From Elusimicrobiota bacterium (GTDB lineage Bacteria > Elusimicrobiota > Elusimicrobia > UBA1565 > UBA9628), in assembly GCA_033875325.1 (NCBI GenBank), contig JANRKA010000111.1:249-64248 (forward strand): 64,000 nt of DNA. Reading direction: 5' to 3'. Both the position numbers and the translations under genes were made by a program. Below are positions 1-8,994 of this stretch, one piece after another. Every line of letters starts with the position of its first letter. Position 1 is the stretch's first letter. The notes beneath the pieces were generated by a model that saw only the letters and a program-made list of their open reading frames with translations, did no database searches and was not told the origin of the DNA.

Positions 1-756
1 GTGGTGGACATGCGCGCGGCCTTCGAGCGCTTCTTCGACCATCCCGCCGTCGGCGACGAGGCGCGCGCCTCCTTCGAGGCGTTCATGGCCCGCGCCAGCG
101 TCTACAACACCGAGCGCCGCTCGCACACCTACCTTTATAAGACCATCCGCGACGCGATGATCAAGGCGTCGCTCCTCAAGCCCGAGGCCCTGGCTCCCTT
201 CTTCGACGGCCTGCTGCTCGAGGAGATGACGCGCGAGACCGAGGCTTTCCAGAGCCAGGGCGAGCAGAAGCGGGTCGCCGACGCCTTCCGCGCGGCCCTG
301 CTCCAGGTCCTCGACGAGGAGGACCCTCGCGACAAGAGTCGCGTCGTGGCCGCCGTCGTGCTCGGCAGCTTCGCCTCCGGCGCGGCCGGTCCGCGCAGCG
401 ACTTCGACGTCGAGGTCATCACCGCCAACGGCTCCGACCGCCGCGTGAAGGCTTTCTCCGACCGCATCGTGGCGGCATGGACCGCCGCGGGACTGCACGC
501 CACCAACCCCGTGTCGGTGCACGACCACGCCGCGCGCCCGTCTCGCGCCTACCTCGACCTCGTGCACTCCGCGGACTACTTCATCGTGGCCCGAAACCCC
601 GCTTTGGCCGCGGAGCTCTCCCGGGCCCCGGGCGAGCGACCCGCCTTCACCGTGGACCGCGTCCGTTCCGCGCGCGGCCGCGCCGGCCTCCTGCTCCAAG
701 GCGCCATCGTGCGCGGCACCATCCTCGTCGAAGAACTCAAAGCCGTCCTCCGATAA
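1..756 (+). CDS. Nucleotidyltransferase (Pol-beta-type NTase fold) domain protein; true 5' end may lie outside the window
   Basis: ORF open from base 1 to TAA 754-756. Motif GSFASGAAGPRSDFDVEV matches the G-S...D-x-D signature of minimal nucleotidyltransferases. Confidence 0.6.
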   Translation: MVDMRAAFERFFDHPAVGDEARASFEAFMARASVYNTERRSHTYLYKTIRDAMIKASLLKPEALAPFFDGLLLEEMTRETEAFQSQGEQKRVADAFRAALLQVLDEEDPRDKSRVVAAVVLGSFASGAAGPRSDFDVEVITANGSDRRVKAFSDRIVAAWTAAGLHATNPVSVHDHAARPSRAYLDLVHSADYFIVARNPALAAELSRAPGERPAFTVDRVRSARGRAGLLLQGAIVRGTILVEELKAVLR

Positions 757-758
757 CC

Positions 759-852
759 CATAACAAAGGGGACATAACAAAGGGGACAGGCACTTTTGTT
801 ATGCCCCTATACCAAAAGTGCCTGTCCCCTTTGTTATGTCCCCTTCGTTATA
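759..852. repeat. Nested palindrome built from a 14-nt unit ATAACAAAGGGGAC; candidate bidirectional terminator or REP/MITE-like element
   Basis: Direct copies at 760-773 and 774-787. Perfect 24-nt inverted repeat 774-797 vs 814-837. Outer imperfect arm 759-773 vs 838-852 (13/15). Degenerate copy in the loop (798-808). Lies between convergent stop codons (756 and 931) and is AT-richer than its flanks. Confidence 0.8.
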
Positions 853-930
853 CCTTGGCAAGAGGAGCCCCCCGGCGCCGAGTCGGGGGGCTCCGTGCGG
901 CTGCCGCGCAGGACGCGCGGGGGCGTCAGG

Positions 931-2031
931 TCACTGGGTGCCCGTCTCCGAGGTCTTGAGACCCCGGATGTGCTCCAGGCTTCCCGTCAGCTCGGCCTTC
1001 AGCACCGGCTCGGTCTCCGACTCGACGCGGCCGGCGAGCAGCGACTCGCCCTTGGCGAGATCCACGATCTTGGACGCGACCGCCTGCCGCACGGCCTGAG
1101 CGGCGACGCGGCGCGTCTCCGCGTCGGGCGCCGACAGGCCCTTCTCGAGCCCGGCGACGCCGACGCGGCTGAGCGTCGGCCGCGCCCGCAGGGCCATCAT
1201 GCCCCGGCGCAGGCGCGCGCCATCGGCGGCCTGGAGGTGCGCGTCGAGCAGCGGCGCGCTCACCCAGGGCATGGTCACGGAGGAGTCGAGCATGCCGAGC
1301 TGCTCGAGCCGCTCGAAGACGGGGCCGAGCAGCTGCGGGTCACGGTAGTCCTGCAGGGCGACCGCGCAGGCCGAGACGAGTTTCTTGCTCGTGGCCGAGG
1401 ACAGCAGCTCCAGGATGGGCTCCTTGGCCTTCACGCCGCCGGAGCGCCGCAGCGAGCCGGGCAGCAGGGCTTCGGGGACGCTCCCGGCGGCCTGCAGCTC
1501 GCGCACCTTGGCGAACAGCTCGGGGCCGCGCACGCCGCCGGGGCGGCCGAGTTGACGCAGCGCCTCGTCTCGCAAGGTCCGGGGTCCCTCCGTGAGGACC
1601 TTCAGGGCGAACTCCTTGCTCTCGGGGCCCGTGGTGCGGCCCACGACCACGGCGACGGCGCGGCGGCGCAGGTCCAGGCCCTCGGGCGACTCGTCGGGCG
1701 AGGCGGCGAGGGCGGCGATGACGGCCTTGGCGAGCGTCTCGCCGACCTCGCCGTCCACCGGCTGCGTGGAGAGCTCAGGAGTCTCGAGCGCGGTCAGCAG
1801 CGCGCCCAGGTAGGTGAGCCGGTCCGCGTCGGGCGCGCCTTCGGACTGGGTGAGGTAGGCGTGCAGCACCGTGTCCACGCTGACCACGGGGCGGCTCTCG
1901 CGGACGAGCTCCACCCCGCGTTCGGGGGAGGGGGTCTCGGCGAGGGCCTTGAGCTGGAAGTACTTGCGGCCGCCGCCCGCGGCGAGCAGGCTGAGCACGG
2001 CCAGACCGGCGACGGCTTGAGGACGGGTCAT
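931..2031 (-). CDS. Exported or membrane-anchored alpha-helical (HEAT-like) repeat protein, function unknown
   Basis: N-terminus MTRPQAVAGLAVLSLLAAGG is hydrophobic. GGAGA lies 7 nt upstream of the ATG at 2031. Repetitive helical segments (AETRRVAAQAVRQ etc.). The opposite-strand ORF 796-2154 has shadow-like composition. Confidence 0.55.
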   Translation of the reverse strand: MTRPQAVAGLAVLSLLAAGGGRKYFQLKALAETPSPERGVELVRESRPVVSVDTVLHAYLTQSEGAPDADRLTYLGALLTALETPELSTQPVDGEVGETLAKAVIAALAASPDESPEGLDLRRRAVAVVVGRTTGPESKEFALKVLTEGPRTLRDEALRQLGRPGGVRGPELFAKVRELQAAGSVPEALLPGSLRRSGGVKAKEPILELLSSATSKKLVSACAVALQDYRDPQLLGPVFERLEQLGMLDSSVTMPWVSAPLLDAHLQAADGARLRRGMMALRARPTLSRVGVAGLEKGLSAPDAETRRVAAQAVRQAVASKIVDLAKGESLLAGRVESETEPVLKAELTGSLEHIRGLKTSETGTQ

Positions 2032-2146
2032 GTCGGTTTCTCCGGACGGGTCGGGACCCTCTGCGGCCGCGGGTCCTGCGTCCGCCCTCTATACGCCGCG
2101 CGCGCCCCGGGACTTACAGCCCCGCGCGCGGTCCCGGGCGGGGGAC

Positions 2147-2175
2147 TTGATTAATCCTTCCAACGCCTCTACACT
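2147..2175 (+). promoter_or_regulatory. Sigma70-like promoter TTGATT-17-TACACT, 9 nt upstream of the receiver gene ATG
   Basis: TTGATT 2147-2152, 17-nt spacer, TACACT 2170-2175, ATG at 2185; no SD between them. Confidence 0.4.
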
Positions 2176-2184
2176 ACGGCTGGC

Positions 2185-2553
2185 ATGGCAAAGGTACTGA
2201 TCATCGATGACAACTCCGCGGTCCGGCTCATCCTCTCCGGGATGCTCGAGGAGCTCGGCCACCAGGTGGTGGGCGAGGCCGCGGACGCGGCGGCCGCGCT
2301 GAAGGCGTACCAGGCGCTCAAGCCCGACCTCGTGACGCTGGACCTCTCGCTGAGCGCGTCGGGCGAGGCGGACGGCACCACGGTGCTCGACGCCCTCATC
2401 AAGGCGGACGCCAAGGCGCGCGTCATCGTCATCTCCGGAAACGCGCAGGCCAAGCTGCGCGAGCGCCTGACCGCCGCGGGCGCCAAAGGTTTCGTGGGCA
2501 AGCCCATCCAGGAAGAAGACCTCAAGTCGGCCATCGCGGGAGCCGTCGCGTGA
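2185..2553 (+). CDS. CheY-like single-domain response regulator receiver
   Basis: MAKVLIIDDNSAVR... with acidic pair DD, phospho-acceptor context VTLDLSL and conserved Lys in GFVGKP; 122 aa. Confidence 0.9.
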   Translation: MAKVLIIDDNSAVRLILSGMLEELGHQVVGEAADAAAALKAYQALKPDLVTLDLSLSASGEADGTTVLDALIKADAKARVIVISGNAQAKLRERLTAAGAKGFVGKPIQEEDLKSAIAGAVA

Positions 2554-3131
2554 CCGACGCCGAGCAGGCCCTGCTGCGCGTCATCGAGGAAGGCGTGTCG
2601 CTGAGCGCGGACGCGCTCGCCAAGGTCTCGCGCACCGCCTGGACCACCTCCAGCGTCTCCATCGACGCCGCCGGAGTCGACAAGATGCGCGGCCGCCTGG
2701 CGGGCGACGAGGCCGAGCATTACGGCGCCCTGCTTTCGGTGCCCGGAGCGGTGTTCGCCATGCTCCTGCCCAAGGCCAGCGGCCTGGAGCTCTCCAAGGC
2801 CTTCCTGGGCGAACGCGCCATCCGCCCCGGGTTCCGGCTCCCCAAGGAGCAGGACTGCGTGGCGGAGATCGCCAACGTGGTCGTCCACACCGTCGCCAAC
2901 TCCTTGGCCGACGCCTGCGGCGACGCCTTCATGCTCTCCGCGCCGCAGATGGTGGTCGGGCGCAAGGTGGACCTGCTCGACCTGGCGCTGGCCGAACTGC
3001 GCACCACCGGCGAGAACTACGCCGTGATGAGTTACGTGCACATGTCCTCCGAGGAGCTCTCCTCGGATTGCACGGTCCTGCTCTTCATGACGCCTTCCTT
3101 CCGCGGGCGTCTGCTGAAGGCCCTGGCTTAA
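2550..3131 (+). CDS. CheC/CheX-like CheY-P phosphatase family protein
   Basis: GTGA overlap with the receiver gene (GTG 2550, TGA 2551-2553). E-x2-N motif in CVAEIANVVVHTVANS. Size (193 aa) fits CheX/CheC-like proteins. Confidence 0.6.
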   Translation: MTDAEQALLRVIEEGVSLSADALAKVSRTAWTTSSVSIDAAGVDKMRGRLAGDEAEHYGALLSVPGAVFAMLLPKASGLELSKAFLGERAIRPGFRLPKEQDCVAEIANVVVHTVANSLADACGDAFMLSAPQMVVGRKVDLLDLALAELRTTGENYAVMSYVHMSSEELSSDCTVLLFMTPSFRGRLLKALA

Positions 3132-3150
3132 GACGGGGTCCCGCCGGACA

Positions 3151-3159
3151 TGCGATAAT
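3151..3159 (+). promoter_or_regulatory. Extended -10-like element TGcGATAAT, 8 nt upstream of the ygiQ GTG
   Basis: tgcgataat at 3151-3159; GTG start at 3168. Confidence 0.3.
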
Positions 3160-3167
3160 AGACCGTC

Positions 3168-5120
3168 GTGCCTCCTTCCCTCCAGCCGCCGGCCCGTTTC
3201 CTGCCCACCACGCCCGCCGAGGTCGCCGCGCGCGGCTGGGACGCGGTGGACGTCGTCTTCGTGTCCGGCGACGCGTATATCGACCACTCCTCCTTCGCGG
3301 CGGCCATGCTCGGGCGCGTGCTCGAGGCCGCGGGCTTGCGCGTCGCGCTGTTGTGCCAGCCGGATTGGCGCTCCGCCGAGCCGTGGCGGACCTTCGGGCG
3401 GCCGCGCCTGTTCTTCGCGGTGTCCGCGGGGAACATGGACTCGATGATCAACCACTACACGGCGAACAAGAAGGTGCGCAACGACGACGCCTATTCACCG
3501 GGCGGGCAGATCGGCCTGCGACCGGACCGGGCCACCATCCCCTACAGCCAGCGCGCGCGCGAAGCCTACCCGGGCGTCCCCGTCGTGATCGGCGGCGTGG
3601 AGGCGTCCTTGCGGCGCCTGGCGCATTTCGACTACTGGTCCGAGACGGTTCGCCCCTCCATTCTTCACGACACGAAAGCGGACCTCCTCGCTTACGGCAT
3701 GGGCGAGGAGGTCATCGTCGAAATCGCGCGGCGCCTGGCGGCAGGCAAAACCCTCAAAGACTGCCGCGACCTGCGCGGCGTCGCCTATTACCTCGGCGCC
3801 TCCGAAGCGCCGCCCTCGGGGCCGGATTGGGTGACGCTGCCGAGTTTCGAGGAGGTGAAGGCCTCCAAGGACCACTTCCTGACGATGGCGCGCCTTGCCC
3901 ACCGCGAGACCAGCCCGTTCAACGCCAAGGGCTTGGTGCAGCGACACGCCGCGCGGACCGTCGTGGTCACCCCGCCGCAGCTTCCCGTGAGCCAGGAGCG
4001 GATGGACTATTACTACGGCCTGCCGTTCACGCGGCGGCCGCATCCGCGCTACCTCGACAGGCCCATCCCCGCCTGGGAGATGATCAAGGACTCGGTCACC
4101 ATCATGCGCGGCTGTTTCGGCGGCTGCACCTTCTGCTCCATCACGGCGCACCAGGGGCGCACCATCCAGTCGCGTTCGGAGGCGAGCGTGCTGAGCGAGC
4201 TCAAGCAGATGGCCGCCGACCCGCAGTTCAAAGGCGTGGTCTCCGACATCGGCGGCCCCACGGCCAACATGTACCGGATGCGCTGCACCAAGCCCGAGAT
4301 CGAGGCCATCTGCAAGCGTCAGTCCTGCGTGCACCCCACCGTCTGCAAGTGTTTGGGCACCGACCACGGGCCCGTCATCGGCTTGATGAAGAAGGCGCGC
4401 GAACTCCCGGGCATCAAGAAGGTGTTCGTGTCCTCCGGCATCCGCATGGACCTGGCCCGGCTCTCCCCGGAGTACGTCTCGGAACTGACCCGGCATCACG
4501 TCTCCGGCCGCCTCAAGATCGCGCCCGAGCACACCGACCCGGCGACGCTCGAGCTGATGAAGAAGCCGCGGCATTGGACCTTCGAGGACTTCGCCAAGCA
4601 GTTCGAGGCGGAGAGCGCGAAGGCCGGCAAGAAGCAGTTCCTCGTCCCCTATTTCATCGCTTCGCATCCCGGCTCCGGCCTCAAGGCCATGATCGACCTG
4701 GCCGTGTTCCTCAAGCGCAACGGCTACAAGCCCGACCAGGTCCAGGACTTCATTCCCGCGCCGCACGACCTGGCGACCGCGATGTACTACACCGGCAAGA
4801 ACCCCGAGACCGGCCTGCCCGTGCCCGTCGCCAAAGGCCTGCGCGACCGGCGCCTGCAGCGCGCCCTGCTGCAGTTCTTCAAGCCGGAGAACTACTTCGA
4901 GGTGCGCGAGGCCCTTCTGTCGGCCGGTCGCAAGGACCTCATCGGCGACGGCTGCGACTGCCTCATCGCGGCCCACCCTCCGAGGGAGGCCTTGATGGCC
5001 CGCCGCGAGCGCGCCAACAGGGATTTCCACGAGCACACGCATCTCAAGGACGGGCCCCGGACGCAGAAGAAGGGCTACCGGCCCGGGCGCTCCACTCACG
5101 AACGGCGGGAGCGGAAATGA
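3168..5120 (+). CDS. ygiQ: YgiQ-family (UPF0313) radical SAM protein
   Basis: N-terminal FLPTTPAEVAARGWDAVDVVFVSGDAYIDHSSF block, CFGGCTFCS (CX3CX2C) cluster motif, about 650 aa, typical basic C-terminal tail. Confidence 0.9.
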   Translation: MPPSLQPPARFLPTTPAEVAARGWDAVDVVFVSGDAYIDHSSFAAAMLGRVLEAAGLRVALLCQPDWRSAEPWRTFGRPRLFFAVSAGNMDSMINHYTANKKVRNDDAYSPGGQIGLRPDRATIPYSQRAREAYPGVPVVIGGVEASLRRLAHFDYWSETVRPSILHDTKADLLAYGMGEEVIVEIARRLAAGKTLKDCRDLRGVAYYLGASEAPPSGPDWVTLPSFEEVKASKDHFLTMARLAHRETSPFNAKGLVQRHAARTVVVTPPQLPVSQERMDYYYGLPFTRRPHPRYLDRPIPAWEMIKDSVTIMRGCFGGCTFCSITAHQGRTIQSRSEASVLSELKQMAADPQFKGVVSDIGGPTANMYRMRCTKPEIEAICKRQSCVHPTVCKCLGTDHGPVIGLMKKARELPGIKKVFVSSGIRMDLARLSPEYVSELTRHHVSGRLKIAPEHTDPATLELMKKPRHWTFEDFAKQFEAESAKAGKKQFLVPYFIASHPGSGLKAMIDLAVFLKRNGYKPDQVQDFIPAPHDLATAMYYTGKNPETGLPVPVAKGLRDRRLQRALLQFFKPENYFEVREALLSAGRKDLIGDGCDCLIAAHPPREALMARRERANRDFHEHTHLKDGPRTQKKGYRPGRSTHERRERK

Positions 5121-5809
5121 CGAGCGAGCCACAGCCCAAGCTGGTCCGGTTGGGAGGGCTGGACGCCATCGAATTAAAGAACGGATCGGCGCACGACCTG
5201 ACGGTCGTGTGCCTGCATGGCTACGGCGCGGACATGCGGGACTTGGCGCCGCTGGCGCTGGAGACGCCGGTCTCGCGTCCTTTGCGCTGGGTGTTCCCCG
5301 ACGCGCCCGGCCGTCTGGAATGGGGCGGGCGCGCGTGGTGGCCCATCGACATCGCCGCCTTCGAGGCCGCGCAGCGCGGGGGCGTGCCGCGCGACCTGTC
5401 GCGCGAGGAGCCCGCGGGCCTGTCCGCGGCGCGCGAGGCCCTCCAAGGCTTGCTCGCCGGGCTCGGGACGCCGTGGTCGAGACTCGTGCTCATGGGTTTC
5501 TCCCAAGGCTCCATGCTCGCCGTGGACCTGGCCTTGCGCGCCCCCGAGCGCCCGGCCGGTGTCGCGGTCCTGTCGGGCAGCCTCGTGGACGCGAAGTCGG
5601 TGCGCGCGCTCGCTCCGGCGAAGAAAGGACTGCCCTTCTTCCAGAGCCACGGCTCGGCGGACCCCATCCTCGGCTTCGCTCAGGCGCTGGCCCTCGAGAA
5701 GGAACTCGCGGCGGCGGGCTGGGTCGGGAGGCTCCTGCGTTTCGAAGGCGGGCACGCCATCCCGGGCGAGGCGCTCGAAGCGCTCGGCGCGTGGTTGGAC
5801 GGCCTATGA
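5117..5809 (+). CDS. Phospholipase/carboxylesterase-family alpha/beta hydrolase
   Basis: ATGA overlap with ygiQ (ATG 5117). Nucleophile elbow GFSQGS, LHGYGAD, C-terminal HGSADP...GGH triad context. Confidence 0.8.
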   Translation: MTSEPQPKLVRLGGLDAIELKNGSAHDLTVVCLHGYGADMRDLAPLALETPVSRPLRWVFPDAPGRLEWGGRAWWPIDIAAFEAAQRGGVPRDLSREEPAGLSAAREALQGLLAGLGTPWSRLVLMGFSQGSMLAVDLALRAPERPAGVAVLSGSLVDAKSVRALAPAKKGLPFFQSHGSADPILGFAQALALEKELAAAGWVGRLLRFEGGHAIPGEALEALGAWLDGL

Positions 5810-6552
5810 GCAACGGCTGGATCGAGACCTTCTTTCGCGTCCCGGTCTTCGACCCGGGCGCGCCCGAGGCCGTGGACGCGGCGGCCGGCGAGGCCGCCTT
5901 CGTCTGGAAGGCGCTCGGGCTGAAGGCGGGCGAGCGGGTGCTCGACGTGCCCTGCGGCGCGGGCCGCCACGCCTTGGAGCTGGCGCGCCGCGGCGCGCTC
6001 GTGCTCGGCGTGGACAAGACCGAGGCGTACCTGCGCGCCGCGCGCAAGGCCGGCGCGCGCCAGCCGCGCGCCCGCTTCGCGCGCGGCGACATGCGCCGCC
6101 TGCCTTTCCGCGGGGAGTTCGACGCGGCGGTCAACCTCTGGACCAGCTTCGGCTACTTCGCGCGTTACGCCGACGACCTGAAGGTCCTCAAGGGGGTCGC
6201 GCGGGCCCTGCGTCCGGGCGGACGTTTCCTCATCGACGTGCGCGACCTCGCGGCGGTGCGGCGCCAACCCACGCTCCGGCACTGGGACCGCCGCGCCGAC
6301 GGCGCCTTCGTCCTGCAGGATGCTTGGCTCGTCGAGGGACGCGACCCCAGGATCGTCAACGAATGGACCGTCCTGCATCCCGGCAAGCGCCCCATCAAGG
6401 CGCGCTTCATCCTGCGCGGCTACGACCGCGCGCGTCTCTACGCCGCGTTGCGGCGCGCCGGCCTCGAGCCGGCGCGTACCTGGCGCTCCTTCCGCGCCGA
6501 TGGGCGCCCGTCAGGGCGCCTCATCGTCCTGGCGAGAAAGCCCCGCGATTGA
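5806..6552 (+). CDS. Class I SAM-dependent methyltransferase
   Basis: ATGA overlap (ATG 5806). SAM motif I VLDVPCGAGRH; acidic loop LGVD; post-I motifs. Confidence 0.8.
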   Translation: MSNGWIETFFRVPVFDPGAPEAVDAAAGEAAFVWKALGLKAGERVLDVPCGAGRHALELARRGALVLGVDKTEAYLRAARKAGARQPRARFARGDMRRLPFRGEFDAAVNLWTSFGYFARYADDLKVLKGVARALRPGGRFLIDVRDLAAVRRQPTLRHWDRRADGAFVLQDAWLVEGRDPRIVNEWTVLHPGKRPIKARFILRGYDRARLYAALRRAGLEPARTWRSFRADGRPSGRLIVLARKPRD

Positions 6553-8148
6553 AGCGCCGCCTCCGCGAGGCAGCGGCATCCGGGCGACGATCAGGCTCGC
6601 CTGGGCGAGCATGGTGAGCGCGCTGGGGGGCAGTCCGCGGGTCAGGGCGGGGTCGCTGAACGGGTCGAGCTCGCGCAGCGAGCGGGCGTGAAGACCGCGC
6701 AGGAACCACTCGCGACGCTGGGCGGTGCTGCCGTGGGTGAAGTCGTCGGGCCGCACGGGAAGGTTCATCTCGCGGCGCAGCGTGTCGTCGCCGATGCTGG
6801 CCGTGACCTCGGCCGCGACCTCCAGGTCGCCGGGCTCGACGATGCCGACGCGCGCGGCGTGGGCGGCGAAGTAGCCTGAGAGCGCGTCGGCGTGCAGCTC
6901 GAGGATGACCTCGAGGCGTTTCTTCTCGGTCTCGGATAGCTGCGGGCGCGCCGCTTCGAGGTATCCGTGGATGCCGGTGAACACCTGCACGTGATGGCCG
7001 TATTCATGGGCGAGCATGTGCAGGCGCGCGTAGCCGCCGTCCCCGCCGAAGCGCTCGACGAGCATGTCGTAGAACTCCTGCGGGAGATAGGTCTTTTTGT
7101 TGGCGGGATGATAGATGGGTCCACCGACTCCGCTGGCCCATCCTGTCGGCGTGAGGATGCGTTTCTCGAAGAGGACCAGCACGGAGGCGTTCCGCGGCTC
7201 GGCGAGCGCGGGGTAGTGGGACGCCCAGAAATCCTCGAGCGCGCCCCACATCTGTCGCGCCTGGGTCACGATGGCGCGCGGCGCGCGGCCGCGCACGCTC
7301 CCGAAGAACAGGCGCGTCGGCTTCGTCAGCTTCATGACGTCCTTCTTGCGGTCGTGGCGCACCGGCTGCCAGGTGGCGCCGCCGTCGAGAGAGACTTCGC
7401 GGGTGGGAGCGCTTCCGGAGGCGTCCCGGCTGACGCGCAGGATGAGCCGGCCCTCGAAGCGCCGGACCTCGGCGCGCCCGTCGGTCTCGATGGTCACTTC
7501 CCTGTCGCCGTCGCTGAAAGTGCCGATGAGCGGCCGGTCTCGTGGGAAACCGAAGCGCGCTTTTTCCACCATCGTGAGGCTGCGCGGCGGCCCCGGCCGC
7601 GACGGGGGCGTCGCGCGCGGGCCGCGCGGGGAGCGCCCGAAGATGGCCGCCGCCGCGCGCGTCCCGAAGTGGCGTCGGCCCTCCTCGATGCGCGCCGCGA
7701 CGGCGGCCGCTCGCGCTCGCCAGGCGGCCGTGCCGGCGCCCGCGTCGGGCGCGACCGTCGGTCCGGCTTGCGGGGGAGCCGCGTCCACGCCCTCAGGCAA
7801 AGCCTCTTCACTCGGGCTTCGGCCCGGAGCGGGCGTCGAGCGCGGAAGGGGCAGCGGCGCTGGGAGCGGGGGCGCCATGACCGGCAGAACGCGCGGCGCG
7901 CCGCGCGACGGCTCCTGCGCGATGGCGGAGGCCGCGCGTTCGATGACCAGGTTCACCGGCGCGACGACCGGGGTTTGCGTGAGTGTTGCGGCGAAGGAGG
8001 GCGCGACGAGTCCCGCGGGGGCGGAGATGCCGGCGGGCGCTCGTCCGGCCGGGCGAGCGGCGCGTACAGGCGCCATGCCAGCGTCGGCTGAGACGACGCA
8101 GCAGAGCGTCGTGACCAACGCCGCCAGCCGACGCAGTGCGAGGCTCAT
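6511..8148 (-). CDS. Secreted YpfJ-like neutral zinc metallopeptidase with low-complexity Pro/Ala N-terminal region
   Basis: HEYGHHVQ zinc motif in the context LHMLAHEYGHHVQ...ELHADALSGYF. Start chosen at the ATG (8148) preceding signal-like MSLALRRLAALVTTLCCVVSADA. 3' end overlaps the convergent methyltransferase by 42 nt. Confidence 0.7.
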   Translation of the reverse strand: MSLALRRLAALVTTLCCVVSADAGMAPVRAARPAGRAPAGISAPAGLVAPSFAATLTQTPVVAPVNLVIERAASAIAQEPSRGAPRVLPVMAPPLPAPLPLPRSTPAPGRSPSEEALPEGVDAAPPQAGPTVAPDAGAGTAAWRARAAAVAARIEEGRRHFGTRAAAAIFGRSPRGPRATPPSRPGPPRSLTMVEKARFGFPRDRPLIGTFSDGDREVTIETDGRAEVRRFEGRLILRVSRDASGSAPTREVSLDGGATWQPVRHDRKKDVMKLTKPTRLFFGSVRGRAPRAIVTQARQMWGALEDFWASHYPALAEPRNASVLVLFEKRILTPTGWASGVGGPIYHPANKKTYLPQEFYDMLVERFGGDGGYARLHMLAHEYGHHVQVFTGIHGYLEAARPQLSETEKKRLEVILELHADALSGYFAAHAARVGIVEPGDLEVAAEVTASIGDDTLRREMNLPVRPDDFTHGSTAQRREWFLRGLHARSLRELDPFSDPALTRGLPPSALTMLAQASLIVARMPLPRGGGASIAGLSRQDDEAP

Positions 8149-8366
8149 GAGGAACAGGGTAGCCGGGCACGGCCCTCCGGCCCAGGGACGAGCGGCCCAA
8201 CGCGGGGGCGCCGACGGCACCAGAAACACCGCGGCGCGACTCGCGTCGGATTGTGAAGGAGCATTTCAACCTCGTCGTGCCCGTCTTTACCCGGCCGTCA
8301 CGCCGGGCAAACACGCCGGCGCTATCATGGACGGGTCGTCATCCCCTACACCGAGGTCTCCCCGAC

Positions 8367-8990
8367 ATGTACCTGAAGCTCGCCGCCGTTCTCGCCGTGT
8401 TGCCCGTCGCCGCATCCGCCGCTCCGCGTTCCGTGACCCTCTCGCTGCCCTCCCGCGTCCTCGGGCAGGTCGAGGTCGCCGTGACCCTCTCGCTCAACGC
8501 CCTGCCCGTCGCCGCCGTCGAGTGCGGCATGCGCGAGCTCGGCGACACCGGCGACGGCATCAGCGAGATCCGACCCGTGCGCGCCTTGTCCCAGTCCGGC
8601 GCGGGCACGCTCAGCCTGACCGTCAACGGCGACCCCGCCGTCTACCCCGTCGCGACCTCCGCCCGCATCGTGGGCGGGGAGGAGCAGACCTGCCGCGACC
8701 TGCCCGTCTTCGACGGCCCCGTCGAGTTGTGGGTCGCGCAGGAAGGCGGGCGCGGATTCGAGCGTCAGGTGCTCGTCTCCGGCGACCGCTACCTCTACGT
8801 CTCCGTGCAGCAGCCCCGGCTCGACGCGCGCGCCTCCAACGACGCCGTGGCCGCGGTCGGCGGTTTTCGCGGCGCGGTGCACGTCTCCGTCATCCGCGTC
8901 ACGCGCCACGCGGACGGCCGCAGCAGCACGCTCTTCGAGGAGCACCTGACGCCGCGCCCGTTCGTCCTCGAGGCCGGCTCCGCCCGCTGA
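8367..8990 (+). CDS. Secreted hypothetical protein
   Basis: Start at ATG 8367 gives the signal peptide MYLKLAAVLAVLPVAASAAP. Coding-like composition; no recognised motif. Confidence 0.5.
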   Translation: MYLKLAAVLAVLPVAASAAPRSVTLSLPSRVLGQVEVAVTLSLNALPVAAVECGMRELGDTGDGISEIRPVRALSQSGAGTLSLTVNGDPAVYPVATSARIVGGEEQTCRDLPVFDGPVELWVAQEGGRGFERQVLVSGDRYLYVSVQQPRLDARASNDAVAAVGGFRGAVHVSVIRVTRHADGRSSTLFEEHLTPRPFVLEAGSAR

Positions 8991-8994
8991 GCCG

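Noticed and set aside
796-2154. 452-aa plus-strand ORF, and the 428-aa minus-strand ORF 2169-3455
   Set aside because: Shadow ORFs opposite the HEAT-like gene and the cheY/cheX-like pair. The first begins inside the palindromic element. The composition is Arg/Gly/Ala-biased and shows no motifs.
3068-5116. 5' two-thirds of the 913-aa plus-strand ORF, and the 545-aa minus-strand ORF 3495-5132
   Set aside because: Both overlap ygiQ, which has unmistakable motifs. Their translations are Arg/Pro/Gly/Ala-rich low-complexity sequence. Only the last 231 codons of the 913-aa frame (from ATG 5117) encode the esterase.
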